This document shows positions 30,981 to 40,770 of a stretch of DNA of 64,000 nucleotides, piece by piece. Numbering within the stretch: the first letter of the stretch is position 1; every line of letters starts with the position of its first letter. The DNA comes from Candidatus Deferrimicrobiaceae bacterium (GTDB lineage: Bacteria; Desulfobacterota; Deferrimicrobia; Deferrimicrobiales; Deferrimicrobiaceae), in assembly GCA_963792415.1 (NCBI GenBank), contig CAWBVY010000006.1, forward strand, positions 192,001 through 256,000, in the 5' to 3' direction. The translations under genes were made by a program, and so were the position numbers. The notes under the pieces were generated by a model. It was not told the origin of the DNA and made no database searches. It worked only from the letters and a program-made list of their open reading frames with translations.

Positions 30981-32273
30981 TCAGACCGGGCGGTTGTCGA
31001 AGACCCGTTTCGTCTTGCGCTCGGAGCGCGGGAGGGTCCCGTACGGGATCATGTCGACCGCGCAGGAGACCATCAGGTTCCGCTTGATCTCCGACGCGAC
31101 GACGCGGGCGACCGACGCGGTGTCCGCCTCGGCGACCCCCGCGGCCGCCTCGACCTTTACCGTCATGTAATCCTTCCCGTCGGCCTTCCGGTCGAGGAGA
31201 ACCTGGTACTCGCTTCCGATCCGACCGATCCGCGAGAGGACCTCGTCCACCTGGCCGGGGTAGACGTTCACACCGCGGAAGACGACCATGTCGTCGGAAC
31301 GCCCGAGGATCCGGTCGTGGCGCGGGAGGGTGCAACCGCAGGGACACGGCCCCTCGATCAGCCGGGTCAGGTCGCGGGAGCGATACCGGAGGAGCGGCGC
31401 GGCCTCCTTGCGCAGCGTCGTGTAGACCATCTCGCCGATCTCCCCGGGGACGACGGGGGCAAGCGTCTCCGGATCCAGGATCTCCAGGATGTAGTAGTCG
31501 GCCCAGTAGTGGATCCCGACGTTTTGGCGGCAGGTGAGGCCGGTCCCGGGCCCGTAGAGTTCCGTCAGCCCGGGAATGTCGTACACCTCCTCGACGCCCA
31601 GCAGGTCGCGGATGGTCTGGAGCATCGCCTCGCTCGTCCGCTCGGCGCCAAGGATCACCTTCTTGAGCCGGAGCCGCCCCCGCAGGCCGCGCGCGTGGAC
31701 CTCCTCCGCCACGAGGAGCCCCATCGACGCGGTGCAGCAGAGCACGGTCGTCTGGAGGTCGATCAGGAAATTGCACTGCAGCTCGAGGTTCCCGGGCCCG
31801 GAAGGGATCGCCATCGCCCCGAACCGTTCCACCCCCAGTTGAAATCCGGCTCCCGCAGTCCACAGCCCGTACCCGACGCAGATCTGGACACGGTCCTCGC
31901 GAGATAGCCCCGCCATCTCATAGCAGCGCGCAAACATGTCCAGCCAGTCGTCGATGTCTTTCCGCGTGTAGCAGAGGATCTTCCGCTTTCCCGTGGTTCC
32001 CGAGGAGGAGTGAATCCGGAGGACATCCCGCGTCGGTACCGACAGGAGCGGAAGCGGGTACCCGTCCCGCAGGTCGTCCGCCGTCGTGAAGGGAATCCTC
32101 CCGAGATCCTCGAGCGACCGGATGGAACCGGGCGACACCCCGGAATCATCGAGTCGCTTCCGGTAGAAGGGGGAATTGTTCCAGGCGTGCTCGACAGTCC
32201 AGCGCAGACCCGCGAACTGGAGGTCTCGCAGTTCCTGGTACGTTCGATAGTTCGGTGCGAACCGTTTCAGCAT
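30981..32273 (-). CDS. paaK: Phenylacetate--CoA ligase family protein
   Basis: HSSSGTTGK, GYGLWTAG, GLTELYGPG, PLLRYRSRD, GRSDDMVVFRGVNVYP. Confidence 0.9.
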   Translation of the reverse strand: MLKRFAPNYRTYQELRDLQFAGLRWTVEHAWNNSPFYRKRLDDSGVSPGSIRSLEDLGRIPFTTADDLRDGYPLPLLSVPTRDVLRIHSSSGTTGKRKILCYTRKDIDDWLDMFARCYEMAGLSREDRVQICVGYGLWTAGAGFQLGVERFGAMAIPSGPGNLELQCNFLIDLQTTVLCCTASMGLLVAEEVHARGLRGRLRLKKVILGAERTSEAMLQTIRDLLGVEEVYDIPGLTELYGPGTGLTCRQNVGIHYWADYYILEILDPETLAPVVPGEIGEMVYTTLRKEAAPLLRYRSRDLTRLIEGPCPCGCTLPRHDRILGRSDDMVVFRGVNVYPGQVDEVLSRIGRIGSEYQVLLDRKADGKDYMTVKVEAAAGVAEADTASVARVVASEIKRNLMVSCAVDMIPYGTLPRSERKTKRVFDNRPV

Positions 32274-32288
32274 AGGGAGGATCTCTTA

Positions 32289-32867
32289 TCACGTCCCATG
32301 GGCGATTCCAAGGTCGAGGGCGGAGAGCGCGTCGCCGAGCCGGGACCCTGCCGCTCCCTGCCTCCGCGAGAGCGCCTCCCGGATCTCCCCTGCCGCGCAG
32401 AAAAATCCGCCCGCGGTACCCCCCCCGATCCGCGCGAGCGCGAACCCGAGCAGGATCAGGTTGACGGCATGCGGAGTCCCGGACGAGAGGGCAAGCGCGT
32501 CGGCATCGACCGCGTGCACACGCACGCCGGGACCGGCATCGGTCGGTATCGCCGCGTTGACGATCAGGGCCCCGCCGTCGGCCAGAAACTCGCGGTGGAG
32601 GGCGACATTCTCCTCCTTGAGGACGAGGAGCAGATCGGCCTTGCCTGCACGGACCAGCGGGCTGTCGAAGCCCCCCACCTTCAGGTGGGAAACGACCACT
32701 CCCCCGCGCTGGGCCATCCCGTGCGTTTCCGAGGTGAGCACCGGGAATCCGCCGGCGATCGCCGCCTCGGCCAAAAGGCGGGAGAGGAACAGGATCCCCT
32801 GCCCTCCGAACCCGGACAGGACGATCTGCTGTCGCACGGGGGGCGACTCCCTGACCCCGGCGCTCAT
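32289..32867 (-). CDS. iorB: Indolepyruvate:ferredoxin oxidoreductase beta subunit
   Basis: LSGFGGQGIL, SETHGMAQRGGVVVSH, VNLILLG; overlaps the iorA stop. Confidence 0.9.
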   Translation of the reverse strand: MSAGVRESPPVRQQIVLSGFGGQGILFLSRLLAEAAIAGGFPVLTSETHGMAQRGGVVVSHLKVGGFDSPLVRAGKADLLLVLKEENVALHREFLADGGALIVNAAIPTDAGPGVRVHAVDADALALSSGTPHAVNLILLGFALARIGGGTAGGFFCAAGEIREALSRRQGAAGSRLGDALSALDLGIAHGT

Positions 32868-34693
32868 GGACGTCTCCCGCCGCCCGACTCCCGGCGGATC
32901 GCGGCCACCGGGCAGACGTGGACGCACACGCCGCAGCCGGTGCAGGTCATCCCGTCGATCCGGACCCGGTTCGACGCCTCGTCGAATACCAGGGCGGGGC
33001 ATTCGAACCGGTCCACGCAGTGGCGGCACCCGGTGCACTCCGCGGTGATCACGATCGCGTCCGGCATCTTCCCGCCGGGGATGCGGGCGACCATCGCGCA
33101 CGGCTGTCGGGCGATCACCACCGCGACGCCTTGCTCCCGGGCATGGACGAGCGCCTCCTTGAGCAGCACCACGAATTCGGGCAGGAGGTCGGGGTTCGCC
33201 GTGCGGCAGAATCGGACGCCGCACGCGCGGACGAGCCCCTCCATGTCGACGGCCGCGGTGGTTTCCCCTCCCGCCCCTATCCCGGTTCCCGGCGTCGGCT
33301 GGTTCCCCGTCATCGCGGTCGTCCCGTTGTCGAGAATCACCAGTACGAACCGCGCTCCCTGGACGACGGCGTCGATCAGGGGCGGGATCCCGGCGTGGTA
33401 GAAGGTCGAGTCGCCGATCGTGGCGACGATGTCGACCCGCTTCCCGGAAAGACGGTGCGCGTAATCGAAGCCGGCCGCCTGGCTCACCGCCGCCCCCATG
33501 CACAGAACCGTGTCGACGGCGCCGAGGTTGATCCCGAGTGTATAGCAGCCGATGTCGCTCGGGTAAATGCCCGCAGGTGCCGCCTTCCGGATGGCGTAGA
33601 AGCTGGACCGGTGCGCGCATCCCGGGCAGAGCGTCGGCCGCCGTCCGCCGCCCTGCGCGGAAAGCGCCCGACCGGGGTCCGGAAGCCCGGCGAAACGGCA
33701 AAGAAGCCGCTCGACGATCTCGGGGAGCAGTTCCCCCGTCCCGGGAACCGCGCCGGTCATCCGCCCGCGCACGCGGTGCCGGTCGGCGATCTGCATCTCG
33801 ATCACCGGCGCCGACTCCTCGAGCACGAGGATCTCCGCGTGCGTTTCCAGGAGGTGTTCGATGAAGGCGGCATGCAGCGGGTACGGCTGGATCACCTGGT
33901 ACAGCGCGATCCGGTCCGCTACCCCCAGCTCGCCGAACAGTTCCCTGGCGTGCGCGAACGCGACGCCCGAAGCCACCACGGCCTTCCCCGGCGAACCTTC
34001 CGCGTTCACCCGGATCGGGGCGGTCGCCGGCCACGCGGCGATCGCCGCGATCTTTTCGGCGAGACGGTCGTGCAGCTTCCTTCGGAACACGGGGGTCGCC
34101 GCCCAGCGGGCCGGATCCTTCACGAACAGCGCCTCCCTTCCCTGCGGCCGGAACGGAGGGGCGTCCACGTCCTGATTCGCGTGGCAGACACGCGTCGTCG
34201 GCCGCAGCATCACGGGAACCCCGAACGCCTCCGAAAGGTCGAACCCGGTCCCGGCGAGCGCCATCGCATGCGCGGGGGACGACGGGTCGAGGACCGGCAC
34301 CTTCGCCAGCATCGCCAGCAGCCGGCTGTCCTGCTCCGTCTGCGAGGAGTGGGGGCCCGGGTCGTCCGCGCTGACCACCAGGAATCCGCCCGTCACTCCG
34401 AGATAGGCGGCGCTGACCAACGGGTCGGAGGCGACGTTCAACCCCACCTGCTTCATGCTGACCGCGGCGCGCAAGCCGGAGATTGCGGCCGTGTAGGCGA
34501 TCTCGAGCGCGACCTTTTCGTTCACCGCCCATTCGACGTGCATCGTCGCGCCGCTCTTTCTCCTCCATCGGTCGACCGAGGAGAGGATCTCCGAGGCGGG
34601 CGTCCCCGGATAGGAAGCGGCGACCGCGCAGCCGGCCATGACCAGCCCGCGCGCGATGGCGTCGTTTCCCTGCATCAGGATGCGTTCGCTCAC
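32864..34693 (-). CDS. iorA: Indolepyruvate:ferredoxin oxidoreductase alpha subunit
   Basis: GNDAIARG, YPGTPASEI, NEKVALE, LCPGCAHR, TPP motif GDSTFYHAG...LDN, C-terminal 2x[4Fe-4S]. Confidence 0.94.
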   Translation of the reverse strand: MSERILMQGNDAIARGLVMAGCAVAASYPGTPASEILSSVDRWRRKSGATMHVEWAVNEKVALEIAYTAAISGLRAAVSMKQVGLNVASDPLVSAAYLGVTGGFLVVSADDPGPHSSQTEQDSRLLAMLAKVPVLDPSSPAHAMALAGTGFDLSEAFGVPVMLRPTTRVCHANQDVDAPPFRPQGREALFVKDPARWAATPVFRRKLHDRLAEKIAAIAAWPATAPIRVNAEGSPGKAVVASGVAFAHARELFGELGVADRIALYQVIQPYPLHAAFIEHLLETHAEILVLEESAPVIEMQIADRHRVRGRMTGAVPGTGELLPEIVERLLCRFAGLPDPGRALSAQGGGRRPTLCPGCAHRSSFYAIRKAAPAGIYPSDIGCYTLGINLGAVDTVLCMGAAVSQAAGFDYAHRLSGKRVDIVATIGDSTFYHAGIPPLIDAVVQGARFVLVILDNGTTAMTGNQPTPGTGIGAGGETTAAVDMEGLVRACGVRFCRTANPDLLPEFVVLLKEALVHAREQGVAVVIARQPCAMVARIPGGKMPDAIVITAECTGCRHCVDRFECPALVFDEASNRVRIDGMTCTGCGVCVHVCPVAAIRRESGGGRRP

Positions 34694-34712
34694 GAGGGAA
34701 ACTCCCGCCGGT

Positions 34713-36017
34713 CTATTTCACGAGGTCCGACAAGACGAGGACGGTCCAGTACGGAGAGATCATCAGGATAACGATCGAAACGATATAGGACGGGATGTAG
34801 TAGAAGCTGCCGCGGAAGACGGTCCCCAGCGGGATGCCGGACATCCCGGACACGACGTAGCAGCAGATGCCGATGGGCGGCATGATGGAGCCCATCGTCG
34901 TCACGATCGTGATCACCTGCCCGAACCAGATCGGGTCGTAGCCAAGCTGGATGACCAGAGGGTAGAAGATGGGAAGCGAGACGAGCAGGAACGCCAGGGC
35001 GTCCATGATGCAGCCGCCGATGATGTAGCAGAGCAGGATCACCCAGAGCACCATCCATTTCGGCAGCGCGAGCGCCTGGATCCACTCCGCGGCCGCGAAG
35101 GGAAGACGGGTGAGCGTCAGGAACCGGGCGAAGATCACCGCCCCCGCGACGATCATGAAGACCATGCAGGAGATGCGCAGGGTTTCGGTCATCGAGTCGA
35201 GGAACTTCTTCCACGTGAGCTTGCGCCGCGCGAGGCAGATCGCGTACCCCAGGAAACAGCTGACGGCGGCCGCCTCCGTCGCGGTCACGACCCCCGTGAA
35301 CAGGGCGTACATGATGATCCCGAAGAGGACGAGAATGTCGATCACGGCGGGGAGCGCCTTCATCCGCTCTTTCCAGCCGAACCTCGGCCCGGCGGGACCC
35401 CAGTCCGGGTGCATGCGGCAGATCCAGACCACCGTTCCCAGGATGGCGACGGTCAGAATGGCGCTGGGGATGATGTTGCCGAAAAACAGCTTGCCGATCG
35501 ACTGGCCGGTGTAAAGACCGTACACCACGAGCACGATGGAGGGCGGGATGAGGACGCCGAGCGTCGCGCCGGCGGCGACCGACCCGGCGTTCATCATCGG
35601 GTGATACCTGTATTCCTTCATGGCGGGGATGGCGACGGCGCTCATCGTGGCCGCCGTCGCCGTGTTGGAGCCGGAAATGGCCGAGAAGGCCGCCGACGCC
35701 ATGATCGTGGTCATCGCGAGCCCGCCGCGGAAATGACCGAACCATTTGTAGGTGGCGTCGTACAGGCTGAAATTGTACCCGGCGTAATGGACGATCTCGC
35801 CGACCAGGATGAAGAGCGGTATCACCGTCAGCCCATAGCTGGAGAAGATGTTCCACATCTCGGTGCCGACGATCGAGAAGGCCGCGTGGAAGGAGATCAC
35901 CTGGGCGATCCCGACGAACCCGACCATGGCCATGGTGAAGGCGGCGGGGACCCTCAGGACGAACAGGATGAAAAACATGACCCCGATCCCGTACACTCCG
36001 ACGATGGGTCCGCTCAT
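34713..36017 (-). CDS. dctM: TRAP transporter large permease
   Basis: IPLFILVGE, FSAISGSNTATAATM, GATLGVLIPPS, TATEAAA, PPIG. Confidence 0.92.
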   Translation of the reverse strand: MSGPIVGVYGIGVMFFILFVLRVPAAFTMAMVGFVGIAQVISFHAAFSIVGTEMWNIFSSYGLTVIPLFILVGEIVHYAGYNFSLYDATYKWFGHFRGGLAMTTIMASAAFSAISGSNTATAATMSAVAIPAMKEYRYHPMMNAGSVAAGATLGVLIPPSIVLVVYGLYTGQSIGKLFFGNIIPSAILTVAILGTVVWICRMHPDWGPAGPRFGWKERMKALPAVIDILVLFGIIMYALFTGVVTATEAAAVSCFLGYAICLARRKLTWKKFLDSMTETLRISCMVFMIVAGAVIFARFLTLTRLPFAAAEWIQALALPKWMVLWVILLCYIIGGCIMDALAFLLVSLPIFYPLVIQLGYDPIWFGQVITIVTTMGSIMPPIGICCYVVSGMSGIPLGTVFRGSFYYIPSYIVSIVILMISPYWTVLVLSDLVK

Positions 36018-36499
36018 CGCTTCTCGCCGCGGGTCCAGACGGATTCGATCAGGTCGAGGAAACTCGTCAGCGCGAGGACGGCGAACCCGATGCCGACGAG
36101 GAAGACGAAGGGGTAATAGGGGATCTTCAGCGTTTCGGACAGCTCGCCCGTCTGCATCAGCCGCTTTCCGTATACGGACGTCTGCCACGAGACGATGGTG
36201 AAGAAGGCGAGGATGAGGGTGTTGCTCACCCGGTCGAGAACCCGCTTGACAGGGGCCGGGAACTTTTCCGAGAGGATGTCGACGACGATGTGGTCCTTCC
36301 GTTTCTGGGTATAGCCGAGGGCGCCCGCGGTGACGATCGCGCCGAGGAAGGAGACGACCTCATACGTCCCGCTCACCGGAACCCGGAATATCCTCAGGGC
36401 GACGTTCACCGTCGCCAGGAGGGTGAGCGCCAGGAGCGAGACGCCCCCGGCGATCAACAGGCCCCTCCGAAGCAGCTCGGATAGCCGCTCCAGTCCCAT
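36014..36499 (-). CDS. dctQ: TRAP transporter small permease
   Basis: Four TM helices, HIVVDIL motif; lies between dctP and dctM. Confidence 0.88.
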   Translation of the reverse strand: MGLERLSELLRRGLLIAGGVSLLALTLLATVNVALRIFRVPVSGTYEVVSFLGAIVTAGALGYTQKRKDHIVVDILSEKFPAPVKRVLDRVSNTLILAFFTIVSWQTSVYGKRLMQTGELSETLKIPYYPFVFLVGIGFAVLALTSFLDLIESVWTRGEKR

Positions 36500-36517
36500 C
36501 GCCCGATCCGCCTGCCG

Positions 36518-37540
36518 TTATTTCCGCTCGTGCTTTTTCTTGAGCTCCTGGACGTCGGAAACGATCTTCGCGCCGTCCAGCCCGAGCGTGGCGGTCCGCT
36601 TCACGTACTCCTCGGTCATCGGCTTCAGGAGGGAGGCGACCATGGCGTGGTCCGCCGCGGGGAGCTCGAAGAGCTGGTGCTGGTAGTTCGCCTTCGACCA
36701 GGCGAGGGCCTCGGTCACGTGGTCGTCCACGTACTTCCCGGTCCACTCCGCCTGCTCGCGGCGCAACTTCTCGAGAACGTCCTTCACGTCCGCCGGGAGG
36801 GAGTCCCACTTCGCCTGGTTCATCACGACGGCGAAGGAGACGACGGGAAGGTTCGCAACCGTGGCGTAAGGCGTGTAGGCGGCGAACTTGAAGTCCTTGA
36901 GGATCTCCATCGACGAGACCATCCCCTTCACGACCCCCTTCTGGATCGCCTCGGGCGTCTCGGACTGCGGCATCGCGACGGGGATCCCGCCAAGGCGCTT
37001 GACGACCTCGGCGTTCGTGCCGGCGACCCGCAGCTCCATCCCCTTGAGGTCGGCCAGGGACTTGACCGGCGTCTTCGTCATGAAGTTCGTCGGGGGGCAG
37101 GTGAAGAGCGTGAGCACCTTGACCTGCGCGAACTCCTTCGGCTTGTACTTCTCGATCAGGTCGAACAGGGTGAGGCTCGCGGCGCGGGCGCTCGTGAACC
37201 CCATCGGAAGGTCCACGGCCTCGGAGACGGGGAACCGGCCCGGCTGATAGCTCATCGCGAAGTTGCCGATGTCGGCCATTCCCGAGATGACGCCGTCGAA
37301 GATGTTCTTCGCCGCGAGGAGCGTACCCCCCGGGAATGTCTGGACCTTCACCCTGCCGTGGGTCCGCTTCTCCACCTCCTTCGCCCAGCGCTCCATCTGG
37401 ACGCAGGGGAAGGTGGCCGAGGGGGGGAAGTTCGCGTACCGGAGCGTGATCGTCTCGGTGGACGGCGCCGTCCCAGGCGCGACAAACAGGGCAAGGAGAA
37501 GAGCCGACAGGAGAACAGGCAACAGCAGTTTCGATTTCAC
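36518..37540 (-). CDS. dctP: TRAP transporter substrate-binding protein
   Basis: Signal peptide, FPGGTL, PGRFPVSEAVDLP, DLKGMELR, AIQKGVV; GTG start with GGGAGG RBS. Confidence 0.9.
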   Translation of the reverse strand: MKSKLLLPVLLSALLLALFVAPGTAPSTETITLRYANFPPSATFPCVQMERWAKEVEKRTHGRVKVQTFPGGTLLAAKNIFDGVISGMADIGNFAMSYQPGRFPVSEAVDLPMGFTSARAASLTLFDLIEKYKPKEFAQVKVLTLFTCPPTNFMTKTPVKSLADLKGMELRVAGTNAEVVKRLGGIPVAMPQSETPEAIQKGVVKGMVSSMEILKDFKFAAYTPYATVANLPVVSFAVVMNQAKWDSLPADVKDVLEKLRREQAEWTGKYVDDHVTEALAWSKANYQHQLFELPAADHAMVASLLKPMTEEYVKRTATLGLDGAKIVSDVQELKKKHERK

Positions 37541-37638
37541 GAGCGCCTCCCTGGGAAATGGATTCGAAACCTTCAGCATCGTCCGGGGGGAAAATTGTCC
37601 CATAGTACCCGAATCCGCCCTCGCGCGGCAACGGAGTT

Positions 37639-39849
37639 TTATCCTCCCAATGCGTTCATCAGCTCGTCCGCGGCTTCACGGAGCATCGCCTCGTACCGCG
37701 GCACGTCCGGCGTCTCGGTCCCGTCGAGGAACCCCATCGCGCGGCCCCCGCGGTCCGCCAGAAGGTAGCGGATCTTCGACCCGGGCCGCAGGTCCACGCC
37801 GCGGCCGCACAGCTCCCGGGTCACCGCGGCGGCGGCCGTGTTGGCGACGTACCGCCCGGGGGCCTTCGACAGGCGCCTCGCGATCGCCAATCCCTCGATC
37901 GGGACCCTCCCGCAGCGAAGTTCGGAAACGGCGGATTCCACGCGCTCGCGCAGCTCCGGCAACATCGCCCGCAGCTCCGAAAGGTCGCCGGCCTCCGCCA
38001 TCCGCCCGAGGAGTTCCCGCTGGAGCGCGGCGACCAGCGGCGGGGTGTCGGAGCGGCGCAGGGCGATCCCGCGGGCCTTGATCTCCCCGCTCGTGAACGC
38101 CCCCGCGAACCGGTTGGGAACGGCCACCGACCGGTTCCGCTTCGACGGGAGGAAGGCGAGCCACTTGTAGACCCCTTCGAGCGCGATCGGCATCCCCGTC
38201 TCCGCGGTGATCCGTTCCGAGAGCCGGCGGTACTCCTCCGCCGCCGCGCCCCCCTTTTTCACCCAGATCGCGTCCGTCAGCCCGTGGAGAAAGACGAACC
38301 CTTCCCGCTCGGCGACCTCCTTCGCGGACAGGAGCTTCTCCCTGCCCCAGGCGGTGACCGCCTCGTGCGCCTCGATCCGACCGAACCGCGCGTTCCGGTA
38401 GCCGAGGAAGCCGAAGGAGACGACGAGGAGCCATTTGAGCGCCGTCTGCCGCTTCCGGAAGAGTTCGCGCGCCTCGGGCTCCGTCGCGGCCTTCTGCCGC
38501 TCCTTCAGGAGCCGGCGCTTGAGGAGGATCGGGGCGATCGTATCGGGGACGAGCCCCCTGCGGCGGAGGCAGGTGTGGGCGCCGATCTCGGGGACGGGGA
38601 GGCCGGGGCGGCAGCAGGCGCAGTTGACCGTCTCGGGGGAGATGTTGTACCGGTCCATGAGCGACGGATACATCGACGCGAAGTCGAGCTCCCCCACGTT
38701 CTCGTGCGCCCCTGGGCGCGGAAGATACGTGAGCCCGCCCTTGTCGGTGACGACGAGATCGACGCCGCTCTTGAACGTCTCCGGCTCCCGCTTCTTGTAC
38801 GGAACGAGGATCCCCCCCTTGAGGGCGGTCGCCACCTGCATCGCGGAGATGGCGGTTCCCGGCGACGTCCGGGCGACGCGCTGCAGCGGGATGCCGGAGA
38901 GACGGGAGAGTTCGACGAGCCCCGGCAGCCCGGTCTCCCCGAAAAGGAACGAGTTGCGGGCGTCCACGTGCCACCGGCCGGCGAGGGTGTGCGGCGCCGC
39001 GCGGAAGATCACCCTGCCGTACGAAACGAACGACCGTTCCCGGCCGCCCCGAACGCGGCCCGGGACGGAGGACCCGATCCCCGTGCCGCGGTTCCGCGGA
39101 GCGCCGAAAACCTCGTCGGGGGTTCGGGGAGCCCGCCCCAGGGGAAGCGGCGAGCGAAGCCGGCCGGCCAGCGCGAGAAGCCGCGGCAGCAGCCAGTCGT
39201 CGCCGTACTCGGTGACGAGCAGGTCGGGGTCGGCACGCTCGACGAGCCGCGCCAGGTCCCGAAGGAAGTCGGCCCCGTTCTCCCAAAGGAGACTTTGCGT
39301 CACGCCGTCGGCGATGAACTCGAGCGGGCGGACGCGCCGATGCGCCGGGTGCCCCTTCCCTTCCATTCTGAGGAGCGCGATCGAAAAGGAGGGATGCGGC
39401 GCGTCCACGTCCCACGGCGAATCGAGAACGCGGGCGGAGCGGATCGTCCCGTCGCCGTCGCAATCGACCGCGGCGCGCGACAGGGGGTACAGCCCCGTCG
39501 CGAAGGAGAACTGCTGCTCCGGCGCGATGTCGGCGTTGCACAGCGCGTCCGGGCCGAACGCCTTTTCCGCCTTGCGGACCGAAGGTCCGAGAAGGGCCGG
39601 TCCCGGCACGGTGAACGACCAGGCCGGGATCGTCCTGCCCGAGAGGAAATCGATCCCCTCCCCCCGAGCGAGGCCGCACTTCCACCGCACGGCGGCGGCG
39701 CGGAGCGCGGGCTCTTTCAGGCGGTTCCCCGCGAGGACGAACGAGGGACGAAACGGGGCGAAGAGCGCGATCGTCTCCCCGGTAGCGGCGCGGAACCAGA
39801 CCGTCATCCCGCCCGGTTCCCCCGCGATGTCGAACACCCACCCGTTCAT
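37639..39849 (-). CDS. Family B DNA polymerase, PolB2-like (degenerate exonuclease)
   Basis: Motif A LDFASMYPS, NISPET, motif B KWLLVVSFGFLG, motif C HGLTDAIWV, KARGIALRRSD; ATGA overlap with the upstream small gene. Confidence 0.9.
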   Translation of the reverse strand: MNGWVFDIAGEPGGMTVWFRAATGETIALFAPFRPSFVLAGNRLKEPALRAAAVRWKCGLARGEGIDFLSGRTIPAWSFTVPGPALLGPSVRKAEKAFGPDALCNADIAPEQQFSFATGLYPLSRAAVDCDGDGTIRSARVLDSPWDVDAPHPSFSIALLRMEGKGHPAHRRVRPLEFIADGVTQSLLWENGADFLRDLARLVERADPDLLVTEYGDDWLLPRLLALAGRLRSPLPLGRAPRTPDEVFGAPRNRGTGIGSSVPGRVRGGRERSFVSYGRVIFRAAPHTLAGRWHVDARNSFLFGETGLPGLVELSRLSGIPLQRVARTSPGTAISAMQVATALKGGILVPYKKREPETFKSGVDLVVTDKGGLTYLPRPGAHENVGELDFASMYPSLMDRYNISPETVNCACCRPGLPVPEIGAHTCLRRRGLVPDTIAPILLKRRLLKERQKAATEPEARELFRKRQTALKWLLVVSFGFLGYRNARFGRIEAHEAVTAWGREKLLSAKEVAEREGFVFLHGLTDAIWVKKGGAAAEEYRRLSERITAETGMPIALEGVYKWLAFLPSKRNRSVAVPNRFAGAFTSGEIKARGIALRRSDTPPLVAALQRELLGRMAEAGDLSELRAMLPELRERVESAVSELRCGRVPIEGLAIARRLSKAPGRYVANTAAAAVTRELCGRGVDLRPGSKIRYLLADRGGRAMGFLDGTETPDVPRYEAMLREAADELMNALGG

Positions 39850-40139
39850 CTCCCGTCGGGGCATTGCCGATGCATCGAAGCCAGCCGCCGTTCGAGCTCC
39901 TCGAGCCGCCTCGACAGCTCGCGCGCGGAGCGGCGCTCCTCGATGAGGATGCTCATCAGGATCGCGTCGAAGGGAACGACCCTCCCCGCGCAGGTGCACG
40001 CCGCGGTGTGGTAGCGGGCCGCCGCGAACAGCGCGTCGAACAGCTCGCGATCCTCCCGGCGCAAGGCGCGTCGAAAACCCCGCCACGACTCCTCCTCGCG
40101 GTAGAGCTCCTGGGTGAAGGGGAGGACGGTTCGCCCCAC
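39846..40139 (-). CDS. Small helical PolB2-associated protein (arCOG07300/PPB2-like), 97 aa
   Basis: MGRTVLPF...FRRALRREDRELFDALF...PFDAILMSILIE; GGAGG RBS before GTG; translationally coupled to the polymerase. Confidence 0.8.
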   Translation of the reverse strand: MGRTVLPFTQELYREEESWRGFRRALRREDRELFDALFAAARYHTAACTCAGRVVPFDAILMSILIEERRSARELSRRLEELERRLASMHRQCPDGR

Positions 40140-40141
40140 CG

Positions 40142-40761
40142 TCAGGATCCTCCCCGCAGTTCCCACGTCGGACCGCCCTCGGCCCGTCGCAGGAGAAGGA
40201 CGGGATCGGCCGTTCGGACGAGATAACGGAAGAACCCCGCCCGGTCGGCGGGGACGGGACCCACCGCGCAACGGCCGGCCGAAGCCGGCGGCTCCCCTTT
40301 CCCGACGAGGACGACCCGCGTTCCGGCGCGGGCGAGCCTGCGCAGCGCGGAGAGACAGTTCCGGAAGACACGGCACGCCTCCGCGTACGGCACGTCGGCG
40401 TCGGCGAACGTTTCGGGAAGACCGAGGACGAGGGCAAGCCGGGCGTCGAACCGGGAAAGCGCCCGGGGCAGCCGGCGGGACAGGAGCGCTTCCATCTGGT
40501 GGCAGGTGAACGCCCGGGAGACGCGGATGCGGGACAGGGCCTCCCTGCCGTCCCCCCCCTCGCCCGGGCCGCTTTGGAGATCTCGTACGGGTCGAACCGG
40601 TTCGCGCCGTCGACGGCCACGACCGCCTCGGCGCGAAGAAGCGGCACGGCGAGCGCCCGGAGCGCGAGCCCGCACGCGCCGTCCCCGAAGATCCCGGCCA
40701 TCTTCCCCGGGGCCGGGGAAAGGCAGAGGGAGGAGGCGCGCTCCATGTCGAGCAAGGGCAC
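40142..40761 (-). pseudogene. Catalytically degenerate RadA/RecA-fold (ImuA-like) protein with a frameshift in a G8 tract
   Basis: VDGANRFDPYEI in one frame and LSRIRVSRAFTCHQM in another; adding one G at 40552-40559 joins them into 206 aa; no GKT Walker A. Confidence 0.75.
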
Positions 40762-40770
40762 GGGAGGCCC

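Noticed and set aside
30981-37540. paaK-iorAB-TRAP cluster as a novel pathway
   Set aside because: This is a common arrangement in anaerobic deltaproteobacteria for aryl-pyruvate/aryl-acetate metabolism.
37639-40761. 1040-aa ORF as a genuine RadA-PolB fusion protein
   Set aside because: The middle ~230 aa is out-of-frame sequence overlapping the true RadA-like C-terminus and the 97-aa gene. The polymerase has its own coupled ATG at 39849.
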